A stretch of DNA of 63,958 bases, counting the filler, from Octopus bimaculoides (lineage: Eukaryota), in NCBI RefSeq assembly GCF_001194135.2. It is 3 parts of 3 records of this genome, joined end to end, with 100 filler letters (N's around TTAATTAATTAA, not from the genome) between each part and the next. Parts side by side here need not be neighbours in the genome. Positions count along the whole stretch, not along the records: positions 1 to 30,491 come from NC_068984.1; 2 more parts are not named here. One strand, written 5' to 3'. Numbering within the stretch: position 1 is the stretch's first letter; every line of letters starts with the position of its first letter. The notes under the pieces are model-generated. The model saw only the letters and a program-made list of their open reading frames with translations, was not told the origin of the DNA and made no database searches. Made by a program: the position numbers and the translations under genes. Shown in pieces: positions 11,580-24,636 of the stretch.

Positions 11580-13304
11580 AACAACAAACAAGATGAGGAC
11601 AAATATCCGTCAATTGTAAATAATATAATTAATGTACATAATTCTTCATCTCTTAAATATAGAACTGTACATAGCGACCTGACTTAAATCCTACACATAG
11701 ACTTATTACCATTATTATTTTTTCTTCCACACAGAATTATTTTTCTCTTCAGAATGCCACAGGTAGTACCAGTCTACATTGTTTACTGGTAGCACAACTA
11801 ACTCATAGCCACCTGACTTAAACCCTTCTTCAAATTTTTCATTGTGTGTAGTGAATCCTACTTTGGGATTTTTAATACTTTTCACTGTTTGTGGCTGTTG
11901 TGTCTTCTTACACGGTCTGTCTGTGTTGTGTCTTATCTGCTACTGCATGTAGTTCAACTCCTTATTGCTACTGTTATGTCCAGCATTATGACGATGTATT
12001 TCGTCGTCTGTGTGACTGGCTCGAACAGAGTACCTCACTGACTGACACTACTTGCTATGTCTGTCCACTATTTATTATTAGTGGATCAGCCCACTTCTCA
12101 TTTGGGGGTGTCTACTACAACAATTTACCTGTTATTAATAGTAGCCATATCTCTCTTAAATTACACCCTACTGTTTTGGAAAGAGAAGAGAATGTAAGAT
12201 AGTGTAGTGATAGATATGCCATGCCTGGGAAAAGGATGAGCTTGTTATGGTTGGAATGCTTTTGATTATATGCCTGTTCAGTCAAGAATGACCTAGGGTT
12301 AAATCAGAAAACAGCAGCAATAATGTCATCCATTACCACCACCACCAACACCACCACCAGCACCACTGCCACCGCTGCCGCTGCCACCACCAACACTTCT
12401 ACCTCCACCCATCTTTAATACTACTCATCTTATCCTTAATTTTATTGGCACCAATGCCTTGCTTCAAAGACATCATCACAGACAGTAAATGCAGATGGTT
12501 GTATGTGGTTGCTCACCTTGCTCAAAATAGCAGCTGAATTTCCTGCAAATCTCAACCTACTATTTCAAAATTAAGACCATTACGATATGGTCTTCACCTC
12601 CCTACTCAGTGAGAAAAAAATGAGATGGCATGGCCAGAATGCCTTTCATCACTGGTCAGTTTTATCAGAGCTGAAAAGGTTTAAATCACAATAACAACAA
12701 CAGATGGGTGCATCTGCTTAGATGTCAAAACTCCTTAAAATGAATTGTTAATTTGTTCAATAAAGATAAAATAAGGATTTCGAATGCCAATAAGGTAATT
12801 CTCAAGTATGGTAAACAGGGTCCTTCAAGAGCAGCAATGACAAGAAAATTGTTTTCGGCAATGATGCTATCACCATCAACACCAACACCACTACAATCAG
12901 TGAGAGAGAAAGAGAGCCATTTTGTGATGCTATATGATCAGTTGATCTGCTATGAATAATAGTTAACCCATTCTCAAATCAACTCTACCCTATTAAATAA
13001 GAAAGAACATTGTGGGGTAGATAACATTGTCCTTAAAAGGGTAATTGGGTCATAGAGGAACACTCTTGATCATGGACATGCTTGGTCAGAGTTTACCTAG
13101 GGTTGAATAGCAACAGCAGTAAAAATGACAGCCTCACCATCAACAACAGCAACATCATCATCATGAAATATTAAATAAAGTTAATTTAGGGTAGTTTTTG
13201 CACAGTCCCTTTCACAAAACCATGTGGTAGGATCCTTCTAATGCAATTCTGCATTAGCTGAGCTGTGTGCATGTGAGCGTGCATGCGTGTGTGTATGTGT
13301 GAGA

Positions 13305-13342
<38 letters not shown>

Positions 13343-14231
13343 ATATGGTGTGGAAATAACAACAGCAATAACAAATTCAATTTTGTTAAAGAACTACAAA
13401 GAGCACTAACCTCAAATATCAGTACATTTGGTGTTGGCGTTCTTTGTAGTACTTGTTACACTAACACCCACGTCAATACCACCACATCCAACCACAGCAT
13501 CTACTAAAAGCCATTTGTAACATCACAACCAATGAGCATGGCCACCATCGCCACTACCACAGTCACCACCGATCTATTACAACCACAACAATCACCACCA
13601 CAAACAAAATAATGACAAAAAGAATACACCAAACAGCAGAAGCCCCCTCTCGCTCATCATTACCACCATCATCTCCATCACCATAACTACTACCACCACT
13701 ACTGCCATTACTGCCACCACCAGCTCTACTGACACTGCAGCCACTAAAACCACCATCATCATTACAATCACTACCATCCCCATCATTATCACTACCATGG
13801 TCACCACTGCCATCCCCACAATCACCACCACCACCACTGCCACCACGGTCACCATTGACACTGCCACTGCTACCATCACCACTGCAACCATTGCCGCTGC
13901 CACCATCACCACCGCCACTACCACAACAGCAACAACAACAACACTAACAGACAACAACAGCCGGTTCTACCCCACTTACAAACACCTCTAACTCCAGCAC
14001 GACCAGTATTGCAACAATTTTCTAATTTATTCTCGATATATTCTCTACAAATCTATTGTTACTAATTCTGCTGTCATTGTTGTTACTGCTTCAAAGTGAG
14101 ATACACATATAAACACTCATTGGTGCACATACATACACTCATACTTATTCATGAACACAGGGACTTGTAGTCTCTCCCACACAGGCATACACACAAACAC
14201 ACGTATATGTATTTATACAGGCATATATATA

Positions 14232-14267
<36 letters not shown>

Positions 14268-16282
14268 CANNNNNNNNNNNNNNNNNNNNNNNNNNNNNNN
14301 NNNNNNNNNNNNNNNNNNNNNNNNNNNNNNNNNNNNNNNNNNNNNNNNNNNNNNNNNNNNNNNNNNNNNNNNNNNNNNNNNNNNNNNNNNNNNNNNNNNN
14401 NNNNNNNNNNNNNNNNNNNNNNNNNNNNNNNNNNNNNNNNNNNNNNNNNNNNNNNNNNNNNNNNNNNNNNNNNNNNNNNNNNNNNNNNNNNNNNNNNNNN
14501 NNNNNNNNNNNNNNNNNNNNNNNNNNNNNNNNNNNNNNNNNNNNNNNNNNNNNNNNNNNNNNNNNNNNNNNNNNNNNNNNNNNNNNNNNNNNNNNNNNNN
14601 NNNNNNNNNNNNNNNNNNNNNNNNNNNNNNNNNNNNNNNNNNNNNNNNNNNNNNNNNNNNNNNNNNNNNNNNNNNNNNNNNNNNNNNNNNNNNNNNNNNN
14701 NNNNNNNNNNNNNNNNNNNNNNNNNNNNNNNNNNNNNNNNNNNNNNNNNNNNNNNNNNNNNNNNNNNNNNNNNNNNNTATATATATATATATATATATAT
14801 CTATTTACATTTATATATATGTATGTGTGTGTATATATCTATACACATACACACGTATGAATATATATTCATCTATATAAAAATATCTGTATATATGTAT
14901 GTATGTATAGTTACATGTATAGTTTTATTGTTAGATATATATATATACACATATATACATACATATATCTATATTATTTGTTTAACATCATAAAATATCG
15001 AGTCATTCCTGCTGAAAGCTTTCCTCAGTTGAACAATTATTACAATGTATTCTGACACAGGATAGCAAAAGGCCAAGCTGCTTTCTGTTGGAGAATTAAA
15101 CAATATCAATAAAATAAATATATAGAAAATACTCTGTAAAAATTACATGTTTTGCATTTAAATTTATTACTGTTACTATTGAAAAGAAACTATTAATACT
15201 GTAATAAAACATACGAATAAACTAGCAATAGAAATCATCATCACTAGCGCTACCTCCCCCACCCATCATCATCATCATCGTCATCATCATCATCATCGTC
15301 GTCATCGTCATCATCACCATGACAACCCCTTCCCAGAAACACCGCGACCATGACCACATCACAACAATGACCACACCGTCACCACCACCACCACCACCAC
15401 CACCAGCACTGATACCACTAATTGTCATCATCATCATCATCAACATCAATAGCAGCAACAGGATCCTTCAGCACCACCACCATCACCACTACCACTGCCA
15501 CCACCACCGCCGCNNNNNNNNNNNNNNNNNNNNNNNNNNNNNNNNNNNNNNNNNNNNNNNNNNNNNNNNNNNNNNNNNNNNNNNNNNNNNNNNNNNNNNN
15601 NNNNNNNNNNNNNNNNNNNNNNNNNNNNNNNNNNNNNNNNNNNNNNNNNNNNNNNNNNNNNNNNNNNNNNNNNNNNNNNNNNNNNNNNNNNNNNNNNNNN
15701 NNNNNNNNNNNNNNNNNNNNNNNNNNNNNNNNNNNNNNNNNNNNNNNNNNNNNNNNNNNNNNNNNNNNNNNNNNNNNNNNNNNNNNNNNNNNNNNNNNNN
15801 NNNNNNNNNNNNNNNNNNNNNNNNNNNNNNNNNNNNNNNNNNNNNNNNNNNNNNNNNNNNNNNNNNNNNNNNNNNNNNNNNNNNNNNNNNNNNNNNNNNN
15901 NNNNNNNNNNNNNNNNNNNNNNNNNNNNNNNNNNNNNNNNNNNNNNNNNNNNNNNNNNNNNNNNNNNNNNNNNNNNNNNNNNNNNNNNNNNNNNNNNNNN
16001 NNNNNNNNNNNNNNNNNNNNNNNNNNNNNNNNNNNNNNNNNNNNNNNNNNNNNNNNNNNNNNNNNNNNNNNNNNNNNNNNNNNNNNNNNNNNNNNNNNNN
16101 NNNNNNNNNNNNNNNNNNNNNNNNNNNNNNNNNNNNNNNNNNNNNNNNNNNNNNNNNNNNNNNNNNNNNNNNNNNNNNNNNNNNNNNNNNNNNNNNNNNN
16201 NNNNNNNNNNNNNNNNNNNNNNNNNNNNNNNNNNNNNNNNNNNNNNNNNNNNNNNNNNNNNNNNNNNNNNNNCACCACCACC

Positions 16283-16331
<49 letters not shown>

Positions 16332-16927
16332 CTATGGTTACAAAAAAGAAATCAGAATTGCTCTAAATATTGCACCCCTTTTGTTTTTGTTTATTAGTGA
16401 TTTCTCAATCATTCTGGTTCAATGCTGGTGCCCACCAGAGGAAAATTATGGTGGTGCTCTGCATACTATTGGCTTCAGTAATATTCTATGTAATATAGGG
16501 TCTGCAGTCAGTGAAGCTGTTTCACAAACCTGTACAATTTGAGGGCTTTGAAAAATATCAGGTATGTCTATGTACTGAAGAGGTTTGTTTTGGAAGCATG
16601 CTGTCATGTGTTCCTTTCACTGCCCAGTATCTTTGGGTGGCATTTTCTACCATATACTTAGGTTGAACCAATGCCTTCCATTTACTCACATATACACACA
16701 TATAGCTGGACATGCACACATATATGCGTATGAACAAATGTATACATGCATATGTGCACAAGCATACACATGCATGTACACACATATGCATGCATACACA
16801 TGCACAAACATACACAAACATACACATATATTTTATATGATGGACTTCTTTCAGTTTCCCTTAATCAAGACCATGCTCAAGTCATTGTTTGGCCTGGAGC
16901 TATAGTGGAAGATACTTGCCTGATGTG

Positions 16928-17497
16928 GAGGCGCAATGGCCCAGTGGTTAGGGCAGTGGACATGCGGTTGTAGGATCGCGGTTTCGATTCCCAGACTGGG
17001 CGTTGTGAGTGTTTATTGAGGGAAAACACCTAAAGCTTCACAAGGCTCTGGCAGGAGATGGTGGCAAACCCTGCTGTACTCTTTCACCACAACTTCCTCT
17101 CACTCTTACTTCCTGTTTCTGTTGTGCCAGTAATTCAAAGGGTCAGCCTTGTCACACTCTGTGTCATGCTGAATCTCCCCGAGAACTATGTTAAGGGTAC
17201 ACGTATCTNNNNNNNNNNGAAAACACCTAAAGCTTCACAAGGCTCTGGCAGGAGATGGTGGCAAACCCTGCTGTACTCTTTCACCACAACTTCCTCTCAC
17301 TCTTACTTCCTGTTTCTGTTGTGCCAGTAATTCAAAGGGTCAGCCTTGTCACACTCTGTGTCATGCTGAATCTCCCCGAGAACTATGTTAAGGGTACACG
17401 TATCTGTGGAGTACTCAACCACTTGCACGTTAATTTCACAAGCAGGCTGTTCTGTTGATCGGATGAACTGGAACCCTCGATGTCGTAACCAAGAGAA
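16928..17497 (+). mobile_element. tRNA-derived SINE (family S4) nested in an S2 copy
   Basis: TGGCCCAGTGGTTAGG A-box and GGTTTCGATTCC B-box; S2 halves at 16841-16927 and ~17510-17590. Confidence 0.75.
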
Positions 17498-18275
17498 TGC
17501 CAACCACCACTGCTTGCCTGAGGTGCCAAGCAGTGGGACTGAACCTAAAACCATGTGGTAGAGAAGAGAATTTCTTAACCACAGCCAGATATAAATGTGT
17601 ATGTGTGTATGTATGTGTGCGTGTGTTTAAGTGTGTGCGCATGTGTGTGTGTGTGTGTGTTCATCATTACTACCTTACTGGTAGCATCCCTGTAGCCTCC
17701 TCAACTCATGCTTCCCCCTCTCTTCAACCTTTCTCCCATCTTTAAAGATGTTGCCAATCTTCTCTCCTACTTCCCTATCCCTTCTACACACACTTGCAAA
17801 CCTCTACCCCCCACTCACCCATTACTGCTTCTGCTACCTCTGATACCACCCAGACACCTCTTCACCCCTATCTATCTCCTTGGTGGTACCTCTAATTCAT
17901 TTTTTACTCTCTCTCCTATATATGTGTAGCCATGTAGCTCCTCTACAACAAGAACCTGCTCTACTCCAATCTCTTTCCTCTTACCTTAACTTCCATCTAA
18001 CACTTGGCTGCAGTATCCTCCTTCTCCGAGATTGCTTGCTTGCAAGCTACCTGGGGATTTCAACAGTGCTGGCGACATGAGAAAAGCACTCAGGACACAC
18101 TGCAAAGTGGTTGGCATTAGTAAAGGCATCCAGCCATAGAAACTGTGCTAAAGTTGACTATGGAATATAATACAGTCCTTCAACTAACCAAATCCTAGTC
18201 AAACCATCCAATACCAGCATGGAACATGGTCGTTAAAAGGTGATGGTGGTGGTGGTGCTACCAATGATGATGATG

Positions 18276-18314
<39 letters not shown>

Positions 18315-19433
18315 TGTACATACACACATACATAATTTATATCCTATATTCTCAGGTATCCTGTCTCCCGAGAATAGTCTTCAGAAACATTGTTTATGGA
18401 AGCAAGTCTCACCTCTCCATGTTACTGATTCTGTTCAAAGGACTGTTAAGGACCACTATGTTGATGCAAATGAACTTAAAACATAAAAACACTGAAACAA
18501 ACACTGCAAAAGCATTTTATCCATTAATCTAACAATTCTGTTGATCTACAGCCCTAGACAAGCATTTTACTTTATTGACCCTCGAAGAATGAAAGTGAAC
18601 CACATGAGATCTGAAAGCAAGAGCCGAATCGAATAGCACAAATGATTTCACCTGAAGATATAGTGAGTTTACAAATCCACTACTAAAATGATTCTGTTGA
18701 TACATACACACACTCAAACATACATACAAACATAGATACATGCATGCGTACATACATTCATATACACATGTATATACAAACATACATGTGCGTGTGTGTT
18801 CATGTGATTTTGGGGGGGGGGATATACAACAGCAAAATGATGCAAAATATTAAAGATAAAGACCCCAAAACCTATTGCTTTTGAAGGAAACTACCTTCTA
18901 GTATTTGTTTTTGAGGGGTGCATCAATAGAAATTCAATATTGCAATTTGATTTGAAGCCATTCCACCACTTTGTAGGGATTATTTCATAAGTATTGTATA
19001 TTTAGATTAGTAGGATTAGTTTTGTAGTGTAAGGGATGCAGGACATCACGTGGTGTGCCACTGTAATATGGACATATGTCAGTGCTTTCTAGATTTAGTT
19101 AACTATAATAGTCATTTAACGTCTTCAAAAACTATAGTGCTGTTATGTCAGTATGCATCAAATTTACTGGTAGGCATTCTCATTTCTTATTGATCATAAA
19201 TTGATATATTGATGGATAGCCACCTAATGGTATTTGAAGGTGATAGACTCAAATCACATCCTCAATTGCCAAACAGTGTATCTTTTTAATTGCTTTCTTT
19301 TAGTTTCTCATTCATGGCAAATTTCTAAAATGCATAAGATTTTATTAAATTTTGTGAATAGTGTTGGTTTATTTCTTGCTTTTTGTCCAATTTTTAAAGT
19401 AATTATTAATATAAAATTTCTATTTGTTTGATA

Positions 19434-19485
<52 letters not shown>

Positions 19486-19542
19486 TATGTGTGTGTGTGT
19501 GTGTGTGTGTGTGTATACATACACACACACACAAAACTATCT

Positions 19543-19757
19543 AGTTAGGAGAAGAAATAACTCAATTCAGCCATGAACACACACAAGACCTTTTGTCCCT
19601 AATTAGAGGACATCACTCAAGCATGCATAAATACACAAGCTTTTCATTGTGCATAATGTCAACATTAGTTATTTTGCCAAGAGCAGTACACAATATATCA
19701 GAAAGAAAGCATCCATCCTTGTAGACTTTGCCTCAGGCATCCACTTACAACTGTCAA
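19543..19757 (+). mobile_element. Inverted partial copy of the adjacent PLE ORF (inverted pseudo-LTR-like segment)
   Basis: Matches the reverse complement of ~20125-20370; for example GTGCATAATGTCAACATTAGTTA vs GTGCATAATGTTAAAGTTAGTTA, and CAGGCATCCACTTACAACTGTCAAC vs CAGGCATCCACCTGCAATAGTCAAC. Confidence 0.6.
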
Positions 19758-19764
19758 CAGTAAT

Positions 19765-21430
19765 TCACTTGTTTTCTGAGGGGATTCTTCCTTACCAAGG
19801 TAGCATCAGATTGTTGCAATATGTGCAGGTTTTCATGGAGACGAAGATAACAATTACATGCTTAGAGTGCATAAGGAAAGGACTTTATCAAAAATGTTCC
19901 TGGTTCTACTGTGTAGTGTTTCCTTCTTACTGGAGTTTCCAGCGGAAACAGAAGGAGATGGACTTCCTGAACTTGAAAAGGTTCATATGTGAAATGAACG
20001 TTTTCTTGAAATCATTAAACTTAATTTCATTGTAATTTCTCATGACATTATCAGATGAAGTAAGAGTCACCTTATAGATAATTTCCTTGGAAAGGAAGAA
20101 TCTCCTTAATGACAAAGAAACGAAAGTTGACTATTGCAGGTGGATGCCTGGACTAAAGCCTGTGTGGTTGTAAGATATTTTATAAGTTGTAGCATGCGAT
20201 GGTGTCTTGGTGAGTGTAACTAACTTTAACATTATGCACCCTAAAAATATGCTAATTATGTATCTTCATGAATTGTTATCTAATCAATGATAAAAAGTTG
20301 TCTCTAGTTATATTTTTGGAGATGAATACATTGGGCAGAGAATTATTTTCTTCTAATTAACTCTCTTCAGCATGGGGATGTGGATCATCCATGTACGCTT
20401 ACTTACCACCGTAGCTGTTTTTCACTAAGGTCTTGTGGTAATGGTGTGCAGCTCTTTGGAAAATATCTCTATCTGTTGATAAATTAGAGATTATTCTACC
20501 AACTCTGACTACTAAGTTTTGCTATAGGGTGATTGGAATTTCTATAAATATATATATGGTTTCCTTATTAAGTCTTTTATCAGGTCTTTTATTATCTACC
20601 TTTTATTAAGTCTTTTATTATCAACCTATTTAAAGTTTAAAGTAATATCCAAGAAGTAAACTGTTGATAAGGTGGAGTTAATAATGGTATGCAAGTTAAA
20701 CTCCTTGAAGATTCAAGTTTTTGCTAAATCTATCCATGATTTAGCTGTTCAAGTTCCTTGAACTTGCTAGGCCATCATTTAAGAACAAATACGATCTGTT
20801 GGCAGATGTGTACCCTTAGGAGTGACTAGGACAAATAATCTGACAAGACCCACAAAAATCGTGATAGCTTCCCACACAAACATTGAACAATGAGTTAGCT
20901 TCCTTTTTGAAGCAGTAGTAGCCATCAGTATATAAGAATGACTTTCTAGTATGCATGTCTATTCTAATATCAAAGCCAATGATCTTAGTGAATTATCTCA
21001 TGTAGTTCAGAGCTTTCAGGAAGTGGGATTTCAATAATCTATGATATCAAGTTCACTGAATTTACAAACTGCTTTGTTCTAAATACCTCAGAACCACTTG
21101 ATAACAGTCAAAGCCTTTTCTTTAGTGTGAAATTTCCTGTATTTCTTGATGATGTTGTGCACATTAAGAGATCGCTTGAAAGGTGTTATGTAATTGTTCA
21201 AATTGTTTAAGAGAGGGTTGATATGTGCCAAAATTTTATCTTCTTAATCATGTTGAACATGTTTGCTTCCAAATTCTCAAGATCTTTTATCTAAGGGATA
21301 ACTTCCATAGTTTGAAAGTGAGTTTATCAAAGATGTGCTGGTAGTCATATTCTTGAAGAAGTAAGTCTTCCAGTGAACCAAATTAATTATGCTTTCTTTA
21401 TTATCAATAAGACTTTCTTAATGAGACCAC
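19765..21430 (-). pseudogene. Decayed Penelope-like element ORF (RT plus GIY-YIG endonuclease)
   Basis: Manual translation gives PLE-type blocks: RKSFLYTDG..FKKEANSLFNVCVGSY, FLNDGLA, VYFLDITF, RIISNLSTDRDIFQRAAHHYHKTLVKNSY, HNVKVSY, STCN, KEIIYKVTLTS..FKKTFISH..WKL; many stops and frameshifts. Confidence 0.75.
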
Positions 21431-21717
21431 CTGTTACTATAACAAATAGCAATTACCAAGTAGCCAATTCCACCATCTTATCTGATTCGACCAATGAGAG
21501 TGAGGTATTCTGACCATCCAATGAAATTCAATCGTGTGCAGAAGCTATGAACATTTCACCACTTACTGCTTAAGCAGCCGGATGATCAGACAGACACTAT
21601 GAGGCTTTGAAATTTTTAGTAATGCAAATCTAAGTCAAAATTTTAATACAAATATCTAACCTCCACGACATGTGTTGAGTGGTATTTTCTTTGTAAACCT
21701 ATATATTTCTCCCCCCC

Positions 21718-21752
<35 letters not shown>

Positions 21753-22869
21753 CATTTATATAGTTTTAGTCAACTATTCTCTTTCTTTCTATTCCTCTTC
21801 TTCTCCACATTGCTGTGAGAGTTATTGTTGTTGATGTTGTTGTTATTGTTATTTTATTTTTTTCCTTGTATACAAAGTCTTCTGTTCAAAGCCATGGAGG
21901 CTTAATGGAAAAAAATTACAGTTATTGATCTGTTTCCTTTTTTTTTTTTTTCAGCCATTTATTTTTCATTTTCCAGAATAATTTTATGTTGATGTTTTGG
22001 AGTTGATGTTTTGCTTACATTTTATTTCTATATTTATGTAGTGATGGAGTTAACCTTGTTTTTTGTATTGGAAAAATCCAACTGAAATTTATGTTTTTGT
22101 TTATTTTGTATATATGCATTGTTGAAGTGCAGGCTGTGAGTTATTCACAAGCTGAATATTTCTGTTTTTTTCTTTCTTGTATGTTATATGTATTATTATA
22201 TATGTTAGTAAGTAATTTTTATGTCTATGTGTGTGTAGGTGCGAGTACTTATGTGTGTGTGTGCCACTAAGTGTGACTGCCATAAATCTAGGTTTCCATT
22301 CAAAGCATTGTTTGCTGTAACAAAAATGTACATATACACACACACATGCATACATATATACAGGCATATAATAATTGATTATGCAGGCGTTTATCAAAAT
22401 GTTTATTAAAGCCTTACAAAGGAAATTCTGCTAATGAGATTACCCCGAGTACACACGCGCACAGGCATGAATGTGCATGAACGCATGCACACACACACAT
22501 ACACACACACACATGCATATATATGAGAAAAATTATGAATCAGAGATCAAGGTGACCAGGAATCCAAACAGGACTTTATATAGATTAAATGTAACTGTAG
22601 TGTTATATTTTACAGATTCAATGTTTAAGAAACTCATATATGCATGTGTGTATGTATTTGTGTGTGTGTGTATTTGTATGTATGTATTTGTGTATGTGTG
22701 TCTGTATTTGTGTGTGTGTTTATTTGTATGTCTGTGTGTGTATGTATTTGTGCATGCGTGTGCATGCGTGTGCATTTGTAAGTGTGTATGTATTTGTGTG
22801 TGCGTGTGTGTGTATTTGTGCATGTGTACACATGCACAGATACACGTGCACATGCAGGTATATTGGTTT

Positions 22870-23075
22870 TAAATTTTAGCACATGGCCATCAGGTTTGGG
22901 GGAGGGATAAGTCAATTACATTGACCCCACTGTTTAGCTGGTACTTATTTTATTGATTCTGAAATGATGAAAAGCAAAGTGGATCTTGGTGAAATTTGAA
23001 CTCAGAACATAAGGGACGAAATGTCACTGAACATTTTGCCCTGCATGCTAACAATTCTGCTTGCTTGCTACCTTA
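22870..23075 (-). mobile_element. tRNA-derived SINE (family S5)
   Basis: GGTACTTATTTTATTGA..GAAATGATGAAAAGCAAAGT..GAAATTTGAACTCAGAAC; related copies near 29790, 36115, 37560, 43365, 44210-44580, 50090-50530, 58610, 59790 and 62806. Confidence 0.75.
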
Positions 23076-23256
23076 AATCCTCCTCCCCTCAATTTGGAGT
23101 CTGGACAGCTCCTCTGTGGGCCAGCTTCTATAAAACCATCCAACCCTTTGCCAGCATGGAAAACAGATGATCATCAGGTTTGCAGCCTTGGGAGTTAGTT
23201 GGCCAAATGTTAGGGGAGATGTTAAACAATGATGATGATCATTGTGCGTGCATGCA

Positions 23257-23355
<99 letters not shown>

Positions 23356-24001
23356 TCACACACTCGCACGCGCACACACATATGCATGCACGCACGCACA
23401 TATAGGAAAATATGTTAAGAATGAACTGCCTGAAATTGGTAGAGAATTAATATTGCATGCAAAAATTCCTATCTGTAAGCCTTGTGAGCAAATTTGTAGC
23501 TTTCAAATAGCCATTATCTCACTATCAATGACAAACTTACTCTATCTCTCTTTCTCCTTCTTTCTCTCTCATGCAGATTATAAATATAATATTTCTATCT
23601 GTAGAATAAATATTTATTTAAATAATTACCTAAATGAGGCTAAGCATGCAAATGTGTCAACAGCAATCGATCATTGCCGTAATACCATCCCTCTAGGTGA
23701 GAAGAAATATCAATAAAGATTCTTAATCTCTACAGAGAGCTCTGTTGGCAGCTATTACTAATATTCCCCAAACATCAAAAAGATAATCAAGACATTTAAA
23801 AAAAAAAATTATTATATCGCTCAATGTTCATTCATTCCATACCTGCATTTCTATTGCCAATCTAAGATTTTGTTGTTATGGTCAGACTTCAATTTGCTGA
23901 TGAGGTTTAACAAGACTAGACCATGTCAAGAATTCTCCCTATCTGAAGATCAAACTTACTTCACAATGTATTTCATATTGAATTGAAATATATACACATC
24001 A

Positions 24002-24039
<38 letters not shown>

Positions 24040-24115
24040 ATGCTCATACATACAGTTCTGTATTTGAGAGATGAGGAATTATGTACATTATTTACATTAT
24101 TTACATTTGATGGAT

Positions 24116-24160
24116 ACACAACGTTTCGGCTGATATACTCTCAAACATTCATCAGGTGTC
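24116..24160 (-). ncRNA. Minimal type-I hammerhead motif, left arm of H2-B
   Basis: Minus strand GACAC-CTGATGA-ATGTTTGAGAGTATATCAGCC-GAAA-CGT-T-GTGT; core and AACGTT palindrome intact, helix II damaged. Confidence 0.7.
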
Positions 24161-24410
24161 TTGGGGAAATTTCAAACCTGGGTTCTCATTCCTAAGGTAT
24201 TTTTCAATGTTATTATTATCCTCATTCAGGTCACTGTCTGGAATCGAACTTAGAATTTTGGGGTTAGTAGCCTGCACACTTAACCACTATGCCATATGCC
24301 CGTGGGCAATTATGGAGTGTATTTTAGGGCTTATAAATCTAATATTTTCCTATCATTCTTTAATACCAGTTCCCAAGATTCCAAGTTCGATTCCAGGCAG
24401 TGACCTGAAT

Positions 24411-24462
<52 letters not shown>

Positions 24463-24464
<2 letters not shown>

Positions 24465-24630
24465 CATCATCATCATCATCATCGTTTAACGTCCGCTTTC
24501 CATGCTAGCATGGGTTGGACGACTTGACTGAGGACTGGTGAAACCGGATGGCAACACCAGGCTCCAATCTAAATTTGGCAGAATTTCTACAGCTGGATGC
24601 CCTTCCTAACGCCAACCACTCAGAGAGTGT
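24463..24630 (-). mobile_element. Short RTE 3' tail in the (AAC)n tract of H2-B
   Basis: CATCATCGTTTAACGTCCGCTTTCCATGCTAGC... as at 2239. Confidence 0.75.
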
Positions 24631-24636
24631 AATATA

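Larger units (their letters stand above)
10741..11669. mobile_element. Fold-back tRNA-headed hammerhead element, copy A (family H2)
   Basis: Inverted arms ~10745-10895 and ~11470-11625; central head-to-head tRNA-like sequences 10962-11057; TSD CATAGCAACCT (10730-10740) / CATAGCGACCT (11670-11680). Confidence 0.85.
10525..11830. repeat. ~135 bp tandem repeat (3 units), unit 2 interrupted by element H2-A
   Basis: TTTTCTCTTCAGAATGCCACAGGTAGTACCAGTCTACATTGTTTACC recurs at about 10535, 10665 and 11740. Confidence 0.85.

Noticed and set aside
16499-16561. Possible 63-nt exon GLQSVKLFHKPVQFEGFEKYQ with CAG|GTATGT donor
   Set aside because: Acceptor lacks a polypyrimidine tract and there is no recognisable homology; left unsupported
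17022-17405. Internal 187 bp tandem duplication in the S4 SINE
   Set aside because: Identical copies on either side of a 10-N gap: a typical unmerged contig overlap
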